Source: Octopus bimaculoides
Lineage: Eukaryota
DNA: 64,000 nucleotides
Direction of reading: 5' to 3'
Assembly: GCF_001194135.2 (NCBI RefSeq)
Contig: NC_068981.1
Span: 152,792,061-152,856,060, forward strand
Each line of letters starts with the position of its first letter. The first letter of the stretch is position 1. The position numbers and the translations under genes were made by a program. The notes below the pieces were generated by a model. The model was not told the origin of the DNA. It ran no database searches and saw only the letters and a list, made by a program, of their open reading frames with translations. Below, piece by piece: positions 1 through 13,275 of this stretch.

Positions 1-780
1 ACATACACACACGTGTATCTAGTGTCCTATAGACGAGTGATTGAAGCAATTCTAAGAATCCACATGTCAACCACATAATGTAACTTATCATTTTATACTT
101 TATTACTGGCTCATATCAGGCTTAAGTAAACTTTGTAAATAAAGATTCTTCGTCAGTATTGAAATCACCGGTTAGCAGCTGGCTGGCTGGCATAAACTCA
201 ACTGTTTCTATATTTGAAAACTTTTACCATGTATACATTTGATATTCTCGTTAACATTATTGCGATGCTGTTTCCTAGTAGAAGCTATTGTTATAACCAC
301 TGACTTAAGATGCCAGTAGTCATAAGCAGCATTGCTTTTTTCTACATGCTGACAAAACAAAGCAACTGATAAGGTATTTTTTTTTTTACCTAAACTAATC
401 AGCCACAACAAATGATTGTTCGATTAACTCAATGACATCGTCGAACATAGATTTTTCAGGTAAGTAACATGGTTAATTTTACTAGTCTAAACAGAGCGAT
501 GCATGATGTTGATAGTAACATTTCTTTTTCTAGGAAAAGATGCTGCTACAAGTGGTCTGAGGCAGTCGATTATGGTTAGCGATACGAGATTAAATGTTAA
601 TGTACGTCCTCCTTGCTCTCTAGTCATTGAAGAATGATAAATTAAATAACAGTAATATTCTATTGATGATCAAATCCATTTTATCTGTTCTCTTTATTCG
701 ATAGAAATTATTTATTTCAAATATGCTGTCATCATTTAACTCTGTTTTAAACACGCTATTTAGTTTTAATAAATTATCTC

Positions 781-955
781 GTTTAGCGGCATTTCGTCAG
801 TCTTTACGTTCTCAGTTCAAATTCCGCTGAGGCCGACTTTGCCTTTCATCCTTTCGGGGTCGATAAAATAAGTTCCGGTTGAGCACTGGAATCGATCTGA
901 TCGACTTACTCTCTCCTCGAACTTGCTGGCCTTGTGCCAAAATTTGACACCAATT
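781..955 (+). mobile_element. SINE family A copy (further copies ~9660-9780 -, 10622-10837 -, 11101-11310 +, 37250-37380 +, 45050-45240 +, 45258-45470 +, 48826-49058 -, 60976-61080 +)
   Basis: Shared consensus ...GCTTAGCGGCATTTCGTC..CTTTACGTTCTGAGTTCAAATTCCGCC..GGTCGACTTTGCCTTTCATCCTTTCGGGGTCGATAAAATAAG... seen repeatedly on both strands, with a B-box-like GTTCAAATTCC. Confidence 0.8.
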
Positions 956-1475
956 TATAATTTCGCTTTCTCTATCAATACTGACTACGCCATATTTTTC
1001 TCATGAATTTTTTTAATTGACTTTATATATTCATAAAAGTAGACAAAGAGCAAATTAAAAAAAAGCAGAAAAGCAGTTGTTTATTACAACCAAAGGAATA
1101 ACCAAGAAGACGGAAATGAAGTGAAATAAGCCAATTCTTTAATCACATTTTCTAATTATAAAAGAGTATAAATTCAAGTTTTAACATATCAATTTGAAAT
1201 TCCTAGCAAATACAATACATACTGTTGCACTCCCAAACCTGGCTTTTCGCATTTATTTCAGAGAATAAATATTGTAAATAAATTAATCTAAAATATTATA
1301 TTTTTCCACTTACAATATCTTCTCATACGGTTTTCGGGCATTGTAATATTTATAGAATTTCGATCAATACACAGTTGGAACATCTAGTATTGGAAAGTTC
1401 GAGTCCATTAGGACCCAATTGTTGTTCTATTTCTTTACATAGATTTTACATAGAACATAATTAATAAAAGTTAAT

Positions 1476-1481
1476 TTTATT
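1476..1481 (-). promoter_or_regulatory. Candidate polyadenylation signal of reflectin
   Basis: AATAAA on the minus strand ~150 nt after the stop codon. The region is AT-rich, so a chance match is possible. Confidence 0.4.
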
Positions 1482-1632
1482 AATTTGAACACAGGAAATT
1501 TCAGTTGATATGGGACTGAATTCACTAACAATAAAACAATTCATTTTCAAAAACATAATATAATTACGCTTCTTTCGATTCTCATTCAATTTCAACAGTG
1601 TAGCCAGTTAACTTTTCTTAAAATCTCGATGC

Positions 1633-2730
1633 TTAGAAGAAGTATTCATTCCAGTGGTCAAAGTGGTTCATGTAACGACCATTCATATCCATCCACTGAC
1701 CTCCAAAATCCATTTGATAATTGGACATATCAAACCATCTATGGCCTCCAGAGAAGTAAGGACTGTAATTGAAGTAGTGGTACCTGCTGTGGTAATTATA
1801 GGGAGACATTGAATGGAATTCATAATCCATATCATACCATCTCTCTGGGTTATTGTAGAATCTTTGGCCCCAGCTGTAGCTATGATAAGGGTAGTAGTGG
1901 TGATATCTGCCATGATAGCTGTAGAAGGGTGTGCAATGACGGCTATACATATCCATCCAGCGGCCATCAAAATCCATTTGATAGTTTGTCATATCAAAGT
2001 ATCTCTCTGGGTAGTTGTAATATCTTTGGCCCCAGCTATAGTTATAATAAGGATAGTTATGGTAGTATCTGCCATAGTTGGTGTAGAAAGGAGTTGAATG
2101 ACGACCATACATATCCATCCAGCGGCCATACATGTCCATCTGATAGCCGGACATATCCATGAATCTCTCGGGATAGTGCATATAGTAGAAATTCATGTAT
2201 GGATAATACATATAACGCCTGTAATAGTTGTAATAAGGGTTGCACTGACGTCCATATCTGTCCATGTATCGGCCATACATGTCCATTTGATAGTGGGACA
2301 TGTCCATGAATCTCTCAGGATAGAACCAGTTACGACCATAGCGGTAGCCAGGGTAGTGGCCATGTCTTGAAGAGTTGAACATATACCAGTAGGGACTGGA
2401 GTGGTGTCCGTGCATGTCCATCCATCTTCCATACATGTCCATCTGATAACTGGACATATCCATAAACCTCTCTGGGAAGTCCATGAAATTACCATATCTA
2501 TGGAACCTATCGTTATCATAGAAACCGTAATAGTTGTACATAGATTTACCATAGTATCTATCATTGTCAGAATATCTACCATAGAATTCATAGAATCTGG
2601 GATCTACCATTCTTCCATAAGAATCCATGTATCTGCCTTGAAAATCCATGGACATCACGCTCATTGGTTCCATGATTCCTCTGTATTTTCTGCCGAAATG
2701 ATGACGGAATTTGTTCATAAGACGGTTCAT
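1633..2730 (-). CDS. Reflectin (cephalopod structural-colour protein), 365 aa, uninterrupted coding exon
   Basis: N-terminal motif MEPMSVMSMDFQGRYMDSYGRMVDP (nt 2673-2599). Five full repeats of PER(F/Y)(M/F)DM(S/T)xYQMD(M/F)xGRWMD type (the last begins HRWFDMSNYQMDFGGQWMD) plus one degenerate PERWYDMD. Composition dominated by Y/M/R/G/D/H/N. ATG at 2730-2728, TAA at 1635-1633. Confidence 0.97.
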   Translation of the reverse strand: MNRLMNKFRHHFGRKYRGIMEPMSVMSMDFQGRYMDSYGRMVDPRFYEFYGRYSDNDRYYGKSMYNYYGFYDNDRFHRYGNFMDFPERFMDMSSYQMDMYGRWMDMHGHHSSPYWYMFNSSRHGHYPGYRYGRNWFYPERFMDMSHYQMDMYGRYMDRYGRQCNPYYNYYRRYMYYPYMNFYYMHYPERFMDMSGYQMDMYGRWMDMYGRHSTPFYTNYGRYYHNYPYYNYSWGQRYYNYPERYFDMTNYQMDFDGRWMDMYSRHCTPFYSYHGRYHHYYPYHSYSWGQRFYNNPERWYDMDYEFHSMSPYNYHSRYHYFNYSPYFSGGHRWFDMSNYQMDFGGQWMDMNGRYMNHFDHWNEYFF

Positions 2731-2749
2731 TGTTGAAATACAGGTTTGA

Positions 2750-2775
2750 CTGAAATAAAGATAAAATATTGCTTA
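2750..2775 (-). promoter_or_regulatory. Probable splice acceptor of a 5'-UTR intron of the reflectin gene
   Basis: Minus strand reads ...ttttatctttatttcAG|tcaaacctgtatttcaacaATG: a pyrimidine tract plus AG ending 19 nt before the start codon. The upstream non-coding exon was not located. Confidence 0.6.
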
Positions 2776-4086
2776 ATAATGATTAAATATGAAGGAAAAG
2801 AAAAGCAAAGAAAACAAATTTATAAACAAGAGTAAAACAAGTGTTATTCATGTCATTCTGAGAAGTAAGAGCTACACTCAAGAATTAAATTCGTATCGTA
2901 GATTTCCTTCCTTACTATTTGTGGTGTTCATCATATAATGGTGGGAGCAACCCAAGTTTTCCTGCGATTGCCGTCGTTGTTTAGTTCCGGGTTAGCCAAG
3001 TTGAAGTAGGCATATGGTCAAAAACATTCCAGATGTTAAAGCTTCATCTTTTTAGGGGTATCTAGAATTATAATGAATCCTTTCTGTCCGATACGGTAAG
3101 GTATAATATACGGTCACTGTTATTGCAATTTATTGCTAGACAAGAACTACATGTGACTATCGTTAGCTAGCGACATCAGTATCATAGAAAAATGTGAAAT
3201 TGTGAATTACGCATCTTTTCCAAAGATGTAAGCTACGTAAGAAAAATGAACATTGTAATATGCAAATTCGGCACACCATAAATTAAATACCAATAAACTC
3301 CAAACATTCAATTAATTACATCTTCCAAATTATTATTTCCTCAAAATATCAGACTAGTTGCATAAGAAGTAATAAAAACCAAACTAATTAAATGTATAAA
3401 TGAGAAGATAAAGTAAATAAAATTGCTATGAAATTAGCAAGAAGATCAGTGAGAATTACGTTTAACAAACATTTACAATCATTATATATTATTTTAGTTT
3501 TACATGAATTAGTCAGAAGAGAAATAGCCGTAGCCATGGCTTCTTAAAGGTCTCCAAGATTGTAGGAGGCAGGGTGAAAGTTATGAATGACTGCATCAGA
3601 GCAGACTCATCTAGTGGCACTTAAGAGTCAAGCAATGATGTTAAAGCTAGTGGTGGATAAAGTCTACGACCCATGGCACAGTAATGACCACGTTAGCGTA
3701 GCTAGGGAGACGAGGAAAATGGTTCGCCCCGAGTAACGCTTTTATGTGGGCAGCAGTTTTGGGTCTGCTGTATGAACCTCTATAGGCTGTATCAACCCGT
3801 GAGTGGGTGCAAAATCAAGGGCTATCCCTAGTGGCACATTCTAGCTACGATACTGGGTGGCCATCGATTATATCCCTTATTTAAATATGAGGCTTCGTGC
3901 CTATATTAGAAATCACTATATTGAGGGTGGAAAAATGACAAAAAGTAATAAAATGCTGGACTAAATAACAGAAACGGCAAACCGCTGGTCTAAATAACTG
4001 GCGCCTTTTGTTTCATGTCTTTACTTTCTAAGTTCAAATCTCTCCGATATCAATTTTTAATTCTATTCGTCTGTGACTGAGTGAAG

Positions 4087-4410
4087 ACGCGTGGCTAAGC
4101 GGTAAGGGTATTCGGCTTACGATCCTAAGATAGTGAATTCGATTACTGGTGGCGCTTTGTGTCTTTGAGCAAGACACTTTATTTCCCGTTGATCCAGTCC
4201 ACTTAGCTGGTAAAAGTGAGTAGTACCTGTATTTCAAAAAACCACGCTGAATCTGAATGGGTCACACTAAATCTCTCCGGAAACTACGTTAAGGGTACGT
4301 GTATTTGTGGAGTGCTCAGTCTCTTGCACGTTAATTTCACGACCAGGTTATTCTGTTGATCGAATCGACTGGAACCCTCGTCCGCGTAACTGACGGAGTC
4401 CCAGTTTTCT
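4087..4410 (+). mobile_element. tRNA-derived SINE
   Basis: A-box-like TGGCTAAGCGG and B-box-like GAATTCGATTAC, followed by a GTGTCTTTGAGCAAGACACT core. No ORF. Confidence 0.6.
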
Positions 4411-5031
4411 GTCATTGATAGCATAAACAACCACAGAAAAATAGAAGGTGAATTAACCTCAGACGAGCGAAAATAAATACCGTCTATGTCACTCCAGCAC
4501 CTTAGATATTTGGAGTGTATAATGAACGGTGTAAAGGTGATGAATGACAGAATATACTTGAATAACGAATAGAATGTATAGCAGTATTAAGTTTCTATGC
4601 ATTCTGATTTCAAAACGCTGCAAAATCAGATTTGCATTTCATTCGTCTGTGGTCTATAAAATTATTATTCGAAATATAAAAGTCTAGTCTATATAATTAA
4701 ATGTTCTACACGTCAAAATTTATAGACTTGTACCAAACTAGAAATCAATATATTTATGAGAAATTTAAGAAATCGTAGAAATTCTAACGTAAATGATCAT
4801 TAAAAACGAGAAATTAATACAGCAGCAAAATGGATATATTAAAAAAAAAAATACTCATCTTTGAATATAAATAGAGAAATTAATTTTCTTTCAGATTTTA
4901 TCTTTGCTACAGTGAGATACATTTTTATATTTACATGAACTTTGTCAAACTACTGACAGAGTTAAGCAAAACTAGATATACTAAAACAGCATTTAGGTAT
5001 CAATACATGTATATGGAAGCGAGCGTGTATG

Positions 5032-5035
<4 letters not shown>

Positions 5036-5063
<28 letters not shown>

Positions 5064-5082
5064 CATACATACATACATTCAT

Positions 5083-5149
<67 letters not shown>

Positions 5150-6070
5150 CATACATATTCATGTATACTCACACAAACACACACACATATATATACATTA
5201 TATATATACACACATATATGTATGCATATATATATATATAGATANNNNNNNNNNNNNNNNNNNNNNNNNNNNNNNNNNNNNNNNNNNNNNNNNNNNNNNN
5301 NNNNNNNNNNNNNNNNNNNNNNNNNNNNNNNNNNNNNNNNNNNNNNNNNNNNNNNNNNNNNNNNNNNNNNNNNNNNNNNNNNNNNNNNNNNNNNNNNNNN
5401 NNNNNNNNNNNNNNNNNNNNNNNNNNNNNNNNNNNNNNNNNNNNNNNNNNNNNNNNNNNNNNNNNNNNNNNNNNNNNNNNNNNNNNNNNNNNNNNNNNNN
5501 NNNNNNNNNNNNNNNNNNNNNNNNNNNNNNNNNNNNNNNNNNNNNNNNNNNNNNNNNNNNNNNNNNNNNNNNNNNNNNNNNNNNNNNNNNNNNNNNNNNN
5601 NNNNNNNNNNNNNNNNNNNNNNNNNNNNNNNNNNNNNNNNNNNNNNNNNNNNNNNNNNNNNNNNNNNNNNNNNNNNNNNNNNNNNNNNNNNNNNNNNNNN
5701 NNNNNNNNNNNNNNNNNNNNNNNNNNNNNNNNNNNNNNNNNNNNNNNNNNNNNNNNNNNNNNNNNNNNNNNNNNNNNNNNNNNNNNNNNNNNNNNNNNNN
5801 NNNNNNNNNNNNNNNNNNNNNNNNNNNNNNNNNNNNNNNNNNNNNNNNNNNNNNNNNNNNNNNNNNNNNNNNNNNNNNNNNNNNNNNNNNNNNNNNNNNN
5901 NNNNNNNNNNNNNNNNNNNNNNNNNNNNNNNNNNNNNNNNNNNNNNNNNNNNNNNNNNNNNNNNNNNNNNNNNNNNNNNNNNNNNNNNNNNNNNNNNNNN
6001 NNNNNNNNNNNNNNNNNNNNNNNNNNNNNNNNNNNNNNNNNNNNNNNNNATATATATATATATATATATT
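5036..6070. repeat. (TACA)n/(CA)n/(TA)n microsatellites flanking an N gap; representative of many similar tracts and gaps (e.g. 8.9-9.1, 12.7-14.4, 15.8-16.3, 24.1-24.4, 42.4-43.3, 44.2-44.6, 54.2-54.5, 56.3-57.2 kb)
   Basis: Direct reading. Most assembly gaps are bordered by simple repeats. Confidence 0.9.
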
Positions 6071-6833
6071 ATTTGCTTCAGCTATTAGCTTATGGTCACG
6101 CCTTGAAGAATGAATCGACGCCAATAGTTTCTTTTAAAGTCTGGTATTTATTCTCTCTTTTCTTTTGCCGAACCGCTAAGTTACGGGAACGTAAACATGC
6201 CAACACCGGTTGCCAAGTGGTGGTGGGGAACGAGCACAGATTTAAAGATACCAGATCTACTCACAAAGTTTTGGTCGGCCGGAAGCTATAGAAGAAGACA
6301 CTTGCTCAAGGTGCCATGCAGTATGACTGAATCCGGAACCATGTGGTTGAAAAGCAAGCTTCTTACCACACAGCTACGCCTGCGCCATGTGTGTGTGTAT
6401 GAGTTTGTTCTATACAAACAATATGCAGCTGGCGGGAAAACTGGTACGTGTACACTAATACCTTGTGTTCGGTATTTATTGCATGCAAGTTACACAAGAC
6501 ACCGTCATGTCGCTCTCTTTGTCATACTGGCTATGAGCAGGAGATTAGTCTTTTGGAAAACTGTTACGAAAGATACTATCATTCACATAATGTATAGTAT
6601 AGAAAAGAAAAGCGTACCATATTTAAACTATAATAAACCCCAAGAGCACCGTAATGATGCCCTGCAGCACCTTCCTTGCTTGCAAATTTGGCAGCAGAAC
6701 TTGCTCATCAAGCATTGGAAGTATCTGGCATAAGAGAAGCTGCAGGAAGAAAACTATGAATACCTAATGAAGTCATTCTATTCTCCGCTGCTAAGTCGTA
6801 AAGAACCTTATATATATATAATCTACCTCTAAC

Positions 6834-6868
<35 letters not shown>

Positions 6869-8089
6869 CTACCTCTAACATAAAAATCCTTTCACATACC
6901 ACATGCACCATATTTAAACATTATTTTTGAAAACATAGATAGATAAATAAATAAACACATTTTGAATAAGCGCTAAAAATGCGAAATAAATGCAATAGCC
7001 TTCCGTTTCGATCTCTTTTTAAGTTAAAAGCTTAATCATCGTTGTTTTGCTACATTAATACGAGCTCAATGTAATCTGAAATAACAGAAAAACGAAACAT
7101 GAAAACATGTTTAAGGCATCGTTTCAAACTTCAGTGATATCAGCATCGCTGAAAGAGAAATTATACAAGTTATATATAAAAAAGTTTCACCTTTCGCCGA
7201 AACTGTGGTCAGATGAGAGATCAGCTACTATAGCAGGTTGCTGGCTCAATAATCACACTGAGGTAAATTCAGAACCACTTATATATACCTTCCAGAGACA
7301 ATATTTTTTTTGCACTTTACCAATTCAACGGAAATAAATTAAATTTCTTGATTAAACGACTCTAAAGACTAATTTAGGAACACCTTTTTTTTAAATTAAC
7401 TTAGATCGTCCAATTGGAATGTTAAATTAAAATTCCAGTGATATTTCCACTGCTCATTCAAATTATGTGTAGCGTTTGTTTTTTGTATGTATGTATGTAT
7501 GTATGTATGTATGTATGTATGTATGTATGTATGTGTGTGTGTATGTATGTATGTATGTATGTATGTATGTTTGTATGTATGTATGTATGCATGCTGTCGT
7601 GATTGATTTCTTGTAGGTTAGTGTATACGGAGATTGGAGATAGTGTTATTGGTTATCCCAGGTCTAACTTGATCGAGTAGACCTGTATTAAATGGGGTTT
7701 CATATATAATCATCCCATCTTCTAAGGGATGTATATGACTTACACTACCTGTCTTCTGTCCATCATATAAGACGATAGGTTGTCATTTGAGGGAGATTTT
7801 ACTACTATTTCCCACAGTCCAACGACCACATACAGGGTCCCTCATTGGCGCCTAATGACTATATTTGTATGAGGATAATATAGGTAATTGGTGCTTTTTT
7901 GGCCTGACCGAATAAATCTAAGATCAAAGATATTCCACACTTCTATTTTTTTTCTTTCTCTTTTTAAAGTTGGGAGGGCATGAGTTGAAGCTGCTATCTC
8001 TAGCACGTCGAATGACCACGTTCCTATACTGGCCTTATATTATTGTTGTTTAGTTCTAGTCAAGCCTGCTCTAGCAAACCTCTTTTCAA

Positions 8090-8650
8090 AGGCAATCCAA
8101 GCGTGATCATCCGCTCCTTCAAAGATATTAAGTCTACATTATCTAATGTGTCTTTTTTTTTAAAAGAGAAAGAACACAATCGCGATGCAGTAGGATTAAA
8201 CTATTGTGTAAATGTCTCTCCCAAAATATATAATGTCACCAGTGAAACATTCCTAGTGGTTTATTATGAAACTGTCGAAAGGAAAAATCACCTAAGAGGG
8301 ACCTGATTGTAGGCTTCTGGCACAAAATGCTCACGTTCTACAGGGAAAATCTTATGAACCTATTAAAAAAAAAAAAATGAACGCTGAGCTAGAAATACCA
8401 AGACTCCAGGAAAAAGAGAACATTTATGTTGAATTAATGCGGAATTTACTGCTCTCGTACCCTGACTGTAATTTATCATTTGTACCTATCATCATATGTA
8501 CATTAGGTTATGTACCAACACATTTACGCAAAAAAACCCCTAGAAATACTAATTTTATCGAAGAAAGAGCAAAAGTAACTGACACGGATTCTCCAAATCC
8601 AGTCTATTTGCGACAGAGTGAAGATTTGTAAAATATTCCAAGGATTCTCC
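8090..8650 (+). mobile_element. Degenerate restriction-like-endonuclease (RLE) non-LTR retrotransposon 3' fragment
   Basis: EKENIYVELMRNL...FVPIIICTLGYVP followed in another frame by RILQIQSI..VKICK, resembling C-termini of R4/Dong/NeSL-type elements. Confidence 0.5.
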
Positions 8651-8930
8651 ACCACAGATTCTTTAAATGAATAAGACGCACGCACTTTGGCTTGTGCATC
8701 GACAGCTCAACCTACACACCAACTCAACCACATATTTACAAACACCGGGAACTCAACTCAAGAAATTTTGTTTATTTGCAACCGGCTTGAACTCTCTTAA
8801 AAAGAACTTAAACTAAAAGAAAAAGCATAAATGCTTACATATATACATGCATACATACATACATACATACAGATACATAGAAAATCTTTGATACATATAC
8901 ACGCATATATGTATGTATGTATGTATGTGT

Positions 8931-8970
<40 letters not shown>

Positions 8971-9221
8971 NNNNNNNNNNNNNNNNNNNNNNNNNNNNNN
9001 NNNNNNNNNNNNNNNNNNNNNNNNNNNNNNNNNNNNNNNNNNNNNNNNNNNNNNNNNNNNNNNNNNNNNNNNNNNNNNNNNNNNNTATATATAACACGGG
9101 AAGGACAAGAAACAAATGTATTAATTAAACGCTTGAAAGAGTCTAGACGGACCTTTCGGACGCTAATCTTTCATCAGAAGAAAGCTAGAGAGGCAAAGAG
9201 AGAGGGAGGGAGAGAGAGAGG

Positions 9222-9260
<39 letters not shown>

Positions 9261-12200
9261 GGAAGAGAAGGGAGAGAAGGTGGAGGGAGAAGGGGAGTAA
9301 TTCGAACGTAAATAAGAAATATAAGATGATCAGAGAGTACCAAATAAGTAATAAATCATTAATCTTTTTTGAGAGGATTTGATCCCGGCCGTGTAAACCA
9401 GGAAGCTATTTTTTCAACTGTTTGAGGTTCCTAGTTATTCAGTCTTAATGGAGCATTACTCTGAACCTAACCCACAATGAGTGGAAGGGGATATTCAGTA
9501 CTCTCCTTGATGGGGTAAGATGTTGATACTCCTTCCTCTTTACTATTGCTACAACATGTTGAAAGATTGGGAATTAATAGCAGTTCTATTTATTAAGTAG
9601 CCTCTGCCAGCTCTTCTTCAACTGTAAGCTATTTGTACACAGTTCTTTATTGCACAAGGAAACGAAAGGCGAAGCTGATCTCGGATAGATTTGAACTCAG
9701 AATATAAAGAGCTGTCGCAAATATTTCATAGCATTTTTTCCGACGCTGTAACGATCCTACCCATAATACTTGCCTTAGTAATGATGAAAGAATTACTTAT
9801 TAGATAAACTGTATATCAAATGGGTAGCCGTGAAAATTGTCGTACTAAAGAAACAAATCACCCTGGTTAAAGCATGCTTTAATCTTCAAGCTGTTACACT
9901 TTTATCGCTAAACCATGACACATAGGAAAAACTAATATACACTAATAAAACAAATACGGCTATATTTTCTGATGTAATATTTGGACAAAATCTTTGAACG
10001 ATGGGTTCCTACGAACTTCTGTTACTTTGCTAACAACAACATTTGTAACGAACGTTTAATCTAAATGAATCTCATCCTCGTCTGTTCTATGCATAATATC
10101 ACTTTGATGGTCAATGAAATTAAATGTTACATTGAAAATTACTTCTATGTCATCATGCGAGCAGCCCTATGATTGTCGGACATGCTAAAAATAGCAGTCA
10201 AACATTTCTCAAACTTGTCCTTACCGTCTTTAATAGACGTGATGATACACCGAATAATGTAATTTTAGCTGCATTATCTCTGAAACTAGGTGGTATTGTT
10301 ATAGCTGGAACACTTTTGATCATAGGTTTTCAACTCAAAGTTAATGTGGAGCTAAATAGGAACAGCACTTTCCTAAATCTTAGACCTAAAAACATTTCTC
10401 ATGCAGAGACTCTACAGATTGTCTCTTATTTCCTCGACAGGTCTGAAGAATTTACCTTAATTATTCGAACGAAAGGCATACTTGGGTTAACATGAAAGTC
10501 TACTAAAATTTGCTTATCAATGTTGTCAGCTATAATCTTTCGTTTAGGAATGTATTTTTACATAAATATATCATACGTAAAACTGCAATATAGCAAAAAT
10601 ATCATTCATTAACTGAGCTTAATATTGGTTTCAAATTTTGGCACAAGGCCAGCAAGTTCGGAGTGGGGTAGGTCGATTACATCGGCCTCAGTTCTCAATT
10701 GGTACTTATTTTAACGACCCCGAAAGGATGAAAGGCAAAGTCGTCTACGGCAGAATTAGAAATCAGAACGTAGAAACAAACGAAATACTGCTAAGCATTT
10801 TGCCAGACGTGCTAAAGATTCTGCCAGCTCGCCGCCTAACTATGTTTAATATTGACCAATATTATCCAACAAAGGTTGATTTTACTTTTCATTCCCGCCT
10901 TCACTCGGGAATGTGATAAAATAAGTTCATTTAGGTACTAGAGTAGATTTAATCGACTATGCCCGCTGCTAAAATGTGAAGAGTTGTTCCCTGATAAATA
11001 ATGACTATCTTCTAAATACGTACAAAGTATCATCACTACTTGATGTTAGCAATTTTTGTTTCCGGTCCATAATCTTTTAACAATATTTATGCAATCCCTA
11101 AGGCAGCGATCTGGCAGAATCGTCACCGCACCAGGGAAAATGCTTAGCGGCATCTCTTCCGACTTTACGTTATAAGTTCAAATGCTGCCGGGGTCGACTT
11201 TGTCTTTTATCTTTTCAGGATCCATAAAATAAGTACAAGTTGAACACTGGGACCGATGTAATAAACTTACCCACCTCTCATGAGGTTGCTGGCCTTGTTC
11301 CACAATTTCAAAACAGTATTTCTGCAATCATTTGTTGATAGAAATATATTTTCTGTTTCATATGTTTCGGTATTTGATTATGCTTGCATCAAGCACCAAA
11401 ATATTTGGCAATCAAGTATTTCAATCTCAATAAGGCTGGTTTTCTTCAGAACATGTTTAGAGATCATTCTTTAACGTGCGGAAATCTGCACTATGAAGAA
11501 GGAGGTTCAAGATTACTTTGATGATACACGCACCAGACTTCTCATGAGGGATCAAATCACATGGCATGAGCACAGGATTTAAAAATAGAAAAGATTTAAT
11601 GGTATCTTTTTTATAAGCTTAAAGCTCAAAACGATCACCGTGCAAATGACTAAGGAAAATAGTCTAATAATGGGGCATATAAGCCCTCGACAGAAAAAAA
11701 AAACTATATTAATTCGTAGTAGTTTTTGTAAACAAACTTTAAATGCTTTCGGTGCGAATGGTTTTGTTAAAAGATTTATTGACTCATTCCAGCCACGTGT
11801 GCTACTGTTGCTCAATGCAGATTAGGCTTTACAGGTCACTGCTACCAAACAGAAGACTACATCATATTAGATGATATTTTGGAGACTGCCACACTCTAAA
11901 AGAGAATGAAAATCACTCAACTATATTGATATTGACAGAGATACATAACATGAAATTGAGAACCTACAAAAGCTAATAAGACAGAAATTCCTGGCACAGC
12001 GTGGTGAAACATATTTCAATTTCAGCATCAAGAAATTAATTTTTATTCATTTATAAAGTAGTGAGGTGGGAGAAACAGTGGAGAACTATACTAGGGAGTC
12101 TTTCAGTATTTAGTTTCTTCTCTCCGTGATCCAACTTCAATCTTGTCCAGACCGATACGAACTTTTATCCCTGCCCAGAATCTATAAAATATATACTTGT

Positions 12201-13240
12201 TACATAAACGTATCATTCATCTACACTCCACCCGATTAATTAGCAGTCTTGTATTAATATAATAACTAATTATCTATGTATTCAACTTTATAGATGTCCC
12301 TGATTAATTTAAGTTACGAGGGAAATGAAATCATTCAAGCCATCCCCGGGTGATAACGTAAACTTTCAACGAAGGAAGTGGACTTAATCTATTGCTTGGT
12401 TTAGCTTTACTCTCTAGCCCTTGGCTACCTTTTGCAGAGTCCACTTTTTTGCAAACGTTTGAGCTATGTCTCCGGTCTGATTAAGCCATTAAAAGACAAA
12501 TAAATAAATAAATAAATAACCGACATTCCTCATATAAAAAGCTACGCTAGTTTTAATCAAATAACTCATTATCTTGCTTAATGTTATGGAGGGCTGATGC
12601 ATTTACTTTTGTAGTTAATAGCAGTTACTTTTATTCTCTTCATTTTCTTCTTATATATAAATAATCTTTCACACACACACATATATACATACATACATAC
12701 ATACATACAAACACGTTCGTACGTACGTACATGTACATGTGTACATGTATATGTGTATGTGTATATATACATACATACATACATACATACATGCATACAT
12801 ACATACATACATACATACATACACATATACGCATCTACACACACACATACACACATACGCATCTACATACATACACACACTCACGCACATACAGTATTTA
12901 TTTATATTAATTTTTGTTATAAACTAACCTTTTCCAGAAAAAATTTCCATTACTTCTACTATGTCACGACTTATTTATGTCAATAACAAAAGTGACAGGC
13001 GATATGTACATCTTACAAGACCACTTTCAACAATACATAATAATTCTCAAACTTAACTATTAAGCCCACCTTCCTAATAAAACATAAATTTTATTATCCC
13101 GATAACAATAAATAATATTAATTTATAGTAGCACATTAAACCTTCTTTATTAGCTATATTATGGCTTAATATAACTTACAAAAAGTTTACTAGTTTTTCA
13201 ATTCTTAAAATATAAATTGTCGACAGCAATATATAAACTG

Positions 13241-13275
<35 letters not shown>

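Noticed and set aside
208-660. Possible decayed LINE on the minus strand (REQGGR-like and HGK-like words)
   Set aside because: Similarity is too fragmentary to call without a profile search.
1683-2736. Several ORFs overlapping reflectin in other frames or on the opposite strand
   Set aside because: Shadows of the repetitive reflectin codons; no independent motifs.
6197-6733. 178-aa ORF
   Set aside because: Begins inside a SINE and shows no recognisable domain or exon signals.
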